Below, piece by piece: positions 15,454 through 17,903 of a stretch of 17,903 nucleotides of DNA (the first letter of the stretch is position 1; each line of letters opens with the position of its first letter). The translations under genes and the position numbers were made by a program. The notes under the pieces are model-generated. The model saw only the letters and a program-made list of their open reading frames with translations. It ran no database searches and had not been told where the DNA came from. This stretch comes from Pseudomonadota bacterium (lineage in GTDB: Archaea > Thermoplasmatota > SW-10-69-26 > JACQPN01 > JAJPHT01), in contig JAJPHT010000035.1 in NCBI GenBank assembly GCA_021325135.1, positions 1 through 17,903 on the forward strand, written 5' to 3'.

Positions 15454-15879
15454 GTGCCCAGGCTCCTCGTCCCGGCCGCGCTCCTCGCCCAGGTCCACGC
15501 GCACGCCCGCGACGGCGCGCCCCAGGAGGTGTGCGGCCTCCTCGCCGGCCGCGCGACGGCCTCGGGAGACCGCGAGGTGCTGCACGCGTTCCCCGTGCGC
15601 AACGCGCACCCGCGCCCCGTGGGCGAGTACCAGCTCGATCCGCAGGAGCAGCTCCGCCTCACGCTGCGCATCGAGGACGAGATGGGCCTGGAGGTCGTGG
15701 GCTTCTACCACAGCCACCCCGCGGGCCCCGCGCGCCTCTCCGCCACCGACGCCGCGCGCGCCTCGTGGCCGGGCGCCTCCTACCTGCTCGTCCACCTCGC
15801 GCCCCACGAAGGGCACCTCAGCGCGCGGTGGGACGCGGAGAAGGGGCGCTTCGTGGGGGAGGAGATTGTTGTGGTGTAG
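15454..15879 (+). CDS. JAMM/MPN+ (M67, Mec-like) metalloprotease
   Basis: GTG 15454: MPRLLVP...QEVCGLLAG...VVGFYHSHPAGPARLSATD, a complete E-xn-HxH-x7-S-x2-D motif. Confidence 0.92.
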   Translation: MPRLLVPAALLAQVHAHARDGAPQEVCGLLAGRATASGDREVLHAFPVRNAHPRPVGEYQLDPQEQLRLTLRIEDEMGLEVVGFYHSHPAGPARLSATDAARASWPGASYLLVHLAPHEGHLSARWDAEKGRFVGEEIVVV

Positions 15880-15911
15880 CGGGGGCGCGAGAACGCCTCT
15901 CCCCTTCGCAT

Positions 15912-15967
15912 GCAGGTGTGGCCACACCTGCCCAACCTGAGGCCGGCCCCCGGTGAGGCCGCACCTG
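15912..15967. repeat. Palindrome modules upstream of the EarA-like gene
   Basis: Perfect 20-bp palindrome GCAGGTGTGGCCACACCTGC (15912-15931), CAACCTGAGGCCGGCC (15933-15948) and GGTGAGGCCGCACCTG (15952-15967). Confidence 0.85.
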
Positions 15968-16018
15968 CGGTGATTCCCGGATAACGTCCAAGTCAGGCTC
16001 AGCGCTCATGGCCCTCAC

Positions 16019-16348
16019 ATGCACGTCTTAGGACCCGACACCGAGCGCTGTCTCACCCGCTCCCGCCTCCGCCGCCGCGCGCTCATCATGCTGAGCTCCC
16101 TGGGTGAGGCGTATCCCCGCCAGCTGGCCAAGGCGATCGGGATCGACTGCGGGCGGCTCAAGGATCTGATGCATGGCAGGCCGCCGCGCTACAGCGTCGA
16201 GGATGCGCTGATCACGGTGGAGCTTGCCGAGCGGAAGACCGACGCGCACGAGCGGCACTACTACGCCATCACGACGCGTGGGCGGCGCAAGGCCCGCAGC
16301 ATCCTGAAGCGGGGCGAACGGCGCAAGCCCGTCGACCATGTCGCCTGA
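16019..16348 (+). CDS. EarA/DUF1495-like archaeal winged-helix transcriptional regulator
   Basis: LTRSRLRRRALIML...AYPRQLAKAIG...GRPPRYSVEDALITVELAE...YYAITTRGR resembles the euryarchaeal EarA family pattern SLxxSxLRxxIL...YxxEI...GxxxRY...LxxLGLV...YxLTxxG. Confidence 0.7.
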   Translation: MHVLGPDTERCLTRSRLRRRALIMLSSLGEAYPRQLAKAIGIDCGRLKDLMHGRPPRYSVEDALITVELAERKTDAHERHYYAITTRGRRKARSILKRGERRKPVDHVA

Positions 16349-16353
16349 CCCGC

Positions 16354-16417
16354 GCAGGTGTGGCCGCGCCTGCGGCCGGCCTCAGGTTGTCCAGGTGCGG
16401 CCTCACCTGAGGCCGGC
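16354..16417. repeat. Mirrored palindrome modules downstream of the EarA-like gene
   Basis: GCAGGTGTGGCCGCGCCTGC (16354-16373). GGCCGGCCTCAGGTTG (16374-16389) is the exact reverse complement of 15933-15948. CAGGTGCGGCCTCACC (16392-16407) is the exact reverse complement of 15952-15967. Confidence 0.85.
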
Positions 16418-16563
16418 ACGGAGCCCTCTCTCCTCCATCCCACCTAGAAAAACCAGAATGCCGGGGACCGAGCCGCCCCGGCGCGGCAGAGCAAGGGGGG
16501 CCCTTCGCCGACCCGACCGGACCGCAGTCCAGCCCGGCGGCGAAGGGCTCGTTGCTTCGCTCC

Positions 16564-17903
16564 TCACCCTTCCCCGAAGAATCCGCGGAGGACGGGGTGC
16601 ATCTCCATGGCCTGCTCCTTGGCGATCTGCTCGTACAGACGCTGCAGGATGCCGACGGCCAGGAGGATGCCCGTGCCCGAGGCGTTGCCGAGGGTGCCGA
16701 TGAGGTCGGCGAAGACGGCGAGGCAGCCCACGGCGGCGCCGCCGATCACGGTCACGACGGGGATGTAGCGCTCCAGGATCTTCGCGGTGACGCGCGGGTC
16801 GCGGCGGAAGCCCGGGATCTGCATGCCCGAGCCCTCGATCTGCTTCGCGACCTGGTCGGGGCCCATGTTGGTGGTCTCGATCCAGAAGATGGCGAAGATG
16901 ATGGAGCCGCCGATCATGAACGCGCTGTACGCGAACACGTGGAGGAGGATCTGCCACGCCGCGCGCTGGAGGAAGAGGCCCGAGTAGCTCTGCGAGATGA
17001 ACGGCAGGAGCCAGTTGCTCAGGCCGTTCACCTGGCTGAAGTAGTACGCGATGCCGGTCACCGCGGTGGTGCTCCCTTCCTGGTAGCCGCCGACCCACAG
17101 CTTGTGGCCGAGGAAGGGCATGCCGTGAAGCGGGCCCGTCCAGAGCATGAGGCCGATGAGGTTCACGTTGGCCAGCAGGGCGCCCGCCAGGATGACGGGG
17201 ATGTTGCTGGCGTAGAGCAGGCGGATGGGGTAGCGGCCGCGCGCGCCGCGGACGCGGCCGTGGGCGAGGGGCAGCTCGATGCGGCTGCTCTCCGCGTACA
17301 CGACCACGAAGAAGGTGGTCAGCGTGGCGATGAGGGCCGCGATGGTGTTGTGGTCGTTGGCGTTGGCGCCCACGAACAATTTCTCAAACCCGCCCTGCGT
17401 GATGAACTGCGGGGCGGACATGGAGCTGAGGAAGTAGAACGCCTTGGGCAGCACGCCGCCGGGCGGGTTGCTGATGGAGAGCGGGCTGCCTGCGGTCTGC
17501 GGGATCCACGAGATGAGGCCCGTGAAGACGGACTGCGCGACGCCGGCCACGATGAAGAGCGAGATGCCCGAGCCGAGGCCCCACTTGGAGACGACCTCGT
17601 CCATGAGGAAGACGATCCAGCTGCCGACGGCAAGCTGGAGGACGATGAGCGAGCGGGCCCCGAAGACGCCGAACTTGGCGAGGGCGACCTTGTCGGGCGC
17701 CAGGAAGCCGAAGACCTGGGGGATCGCCTCGACGAAGATCATGACGATGACGAGGATCTTCTGCGCGCCCTGGTAGATCGCCTTGTCCTCCGAGTTCTGG
17801 AGGTCGAGCTTGATGATCTTCGCGCCGACGAAGAGCTGCATGATGATCGACCCCGTGACGATGGGGCCGATGCCCAGGTGCACCAGCGAGCCCGATTGGC
17901 CGG
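16564..17903 (-). CDS. secY: Preprotein translocase subunit SecY (archaeal type); 5' end lies beyond the right edge
   Basis: GSLVHLGIGPIVTGSIIMQL, DEVVSKWGLGSGISLFI, YPIRLLYASNIPVIL, QIPGFRRDPR, SGTGILLAVGILQRLYEQI, MEMHP. Confidence 0.97.
   Translation of the reverse strand, partial: GQSGSLVHLGIGPIVTGSIIMQLFVGAKIIKLDLQNSEDKAIYQGAQKILVIVMIFVEAIPQVFGFLAPDKVALAKFGVFGARSLIVLQLAVGSWIVFLMDEVVSKWGLGSGISLFIVAGVAQSVFTGLISWIPQTAGSPLSISNPPGGVLPKAFYFLSSMSAPQFITQGGFEKLFVGANANDHNTIAALIATLTTFFVVVYAESSRIELPLAHGRVRGARGRYPIRLLYASNIPVILAGALLANVNLIGLMLWTGPLHGMPFLGHKLWVGGYQEGSTTAVTGIAYYFSQVNGLSNWLLPFISQSYSGLFLQRAAWQILLHVFAYSAFMIGGSIIFAIFWIETTNMGPDQVAKQIEGSGMQIPGFRRDPRVTAKILERYIPVVTVIGGAAVGCLAVFADLIGTLGNASGTGILLAVGILQRLYEQIAKEQAMEMHPVLRGFFGEG

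Noticed and set aside
15912-16417. CRISPR array or IS element
   Set aside because: No regularly spaced repeat-spacer units, no transposase motif in the enclosed ORF, and no evident target-site duplication.
1622-17776. Many long Arg/Pro/Gly-rich or antisense ORFs in the track (e.g. 1622..3190, 1947..4187, 5051..6505, 9302..11281, 14484..15956)
   Set aside because: These are shadow frames caused by high GC and stop-codon scarcity, and they overlap genes with clear motifs.

Overview
Very GC-rich window of apparent archaeal origin. The evidence is an archaeal-type FEN1 with a C-terminal PIP box, archaeal SecY, an EarA/DUF1495-like winged-helix protein, and TATA-like boxes about 25-35 nt upstream of start codons. 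The proteins are not acidic, so it is probably not a haloarchaeon; Thermoplasmatota-like is a guess. The main surprise is two components of the bacterial Pup/UBact tagging pathway on the minus strand. One is a PafA/Dop-family gene cut by the left window edge (1-377, absent from the ORF track). The other is an ARC/Mpa-type AAA+ ATPase (4967-6499) that lacks the GQYL/HbYX tail. Other genes include lpdA, a hicBA toxin-antitoxin pair, a DedA fused to a degenerate PAP2 domain, a CysM-like PLP enzyme near a JAMM/Mec-like protease, an MntR/DtxR regulator, several secreted or membrane hypotheticals, and the 3' part of secY. Non-coding structure is notable. The arc, lpdA and secY genes each end in 'gene end / inverted copy / hairpin / direct copy'. 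The EarA-like gene is bracketed by mirrored palindrome modules. Two paralogous secreted proteins share an upstream 15-mer. All family assignments come from motif recognition by eye; no database searches were run.
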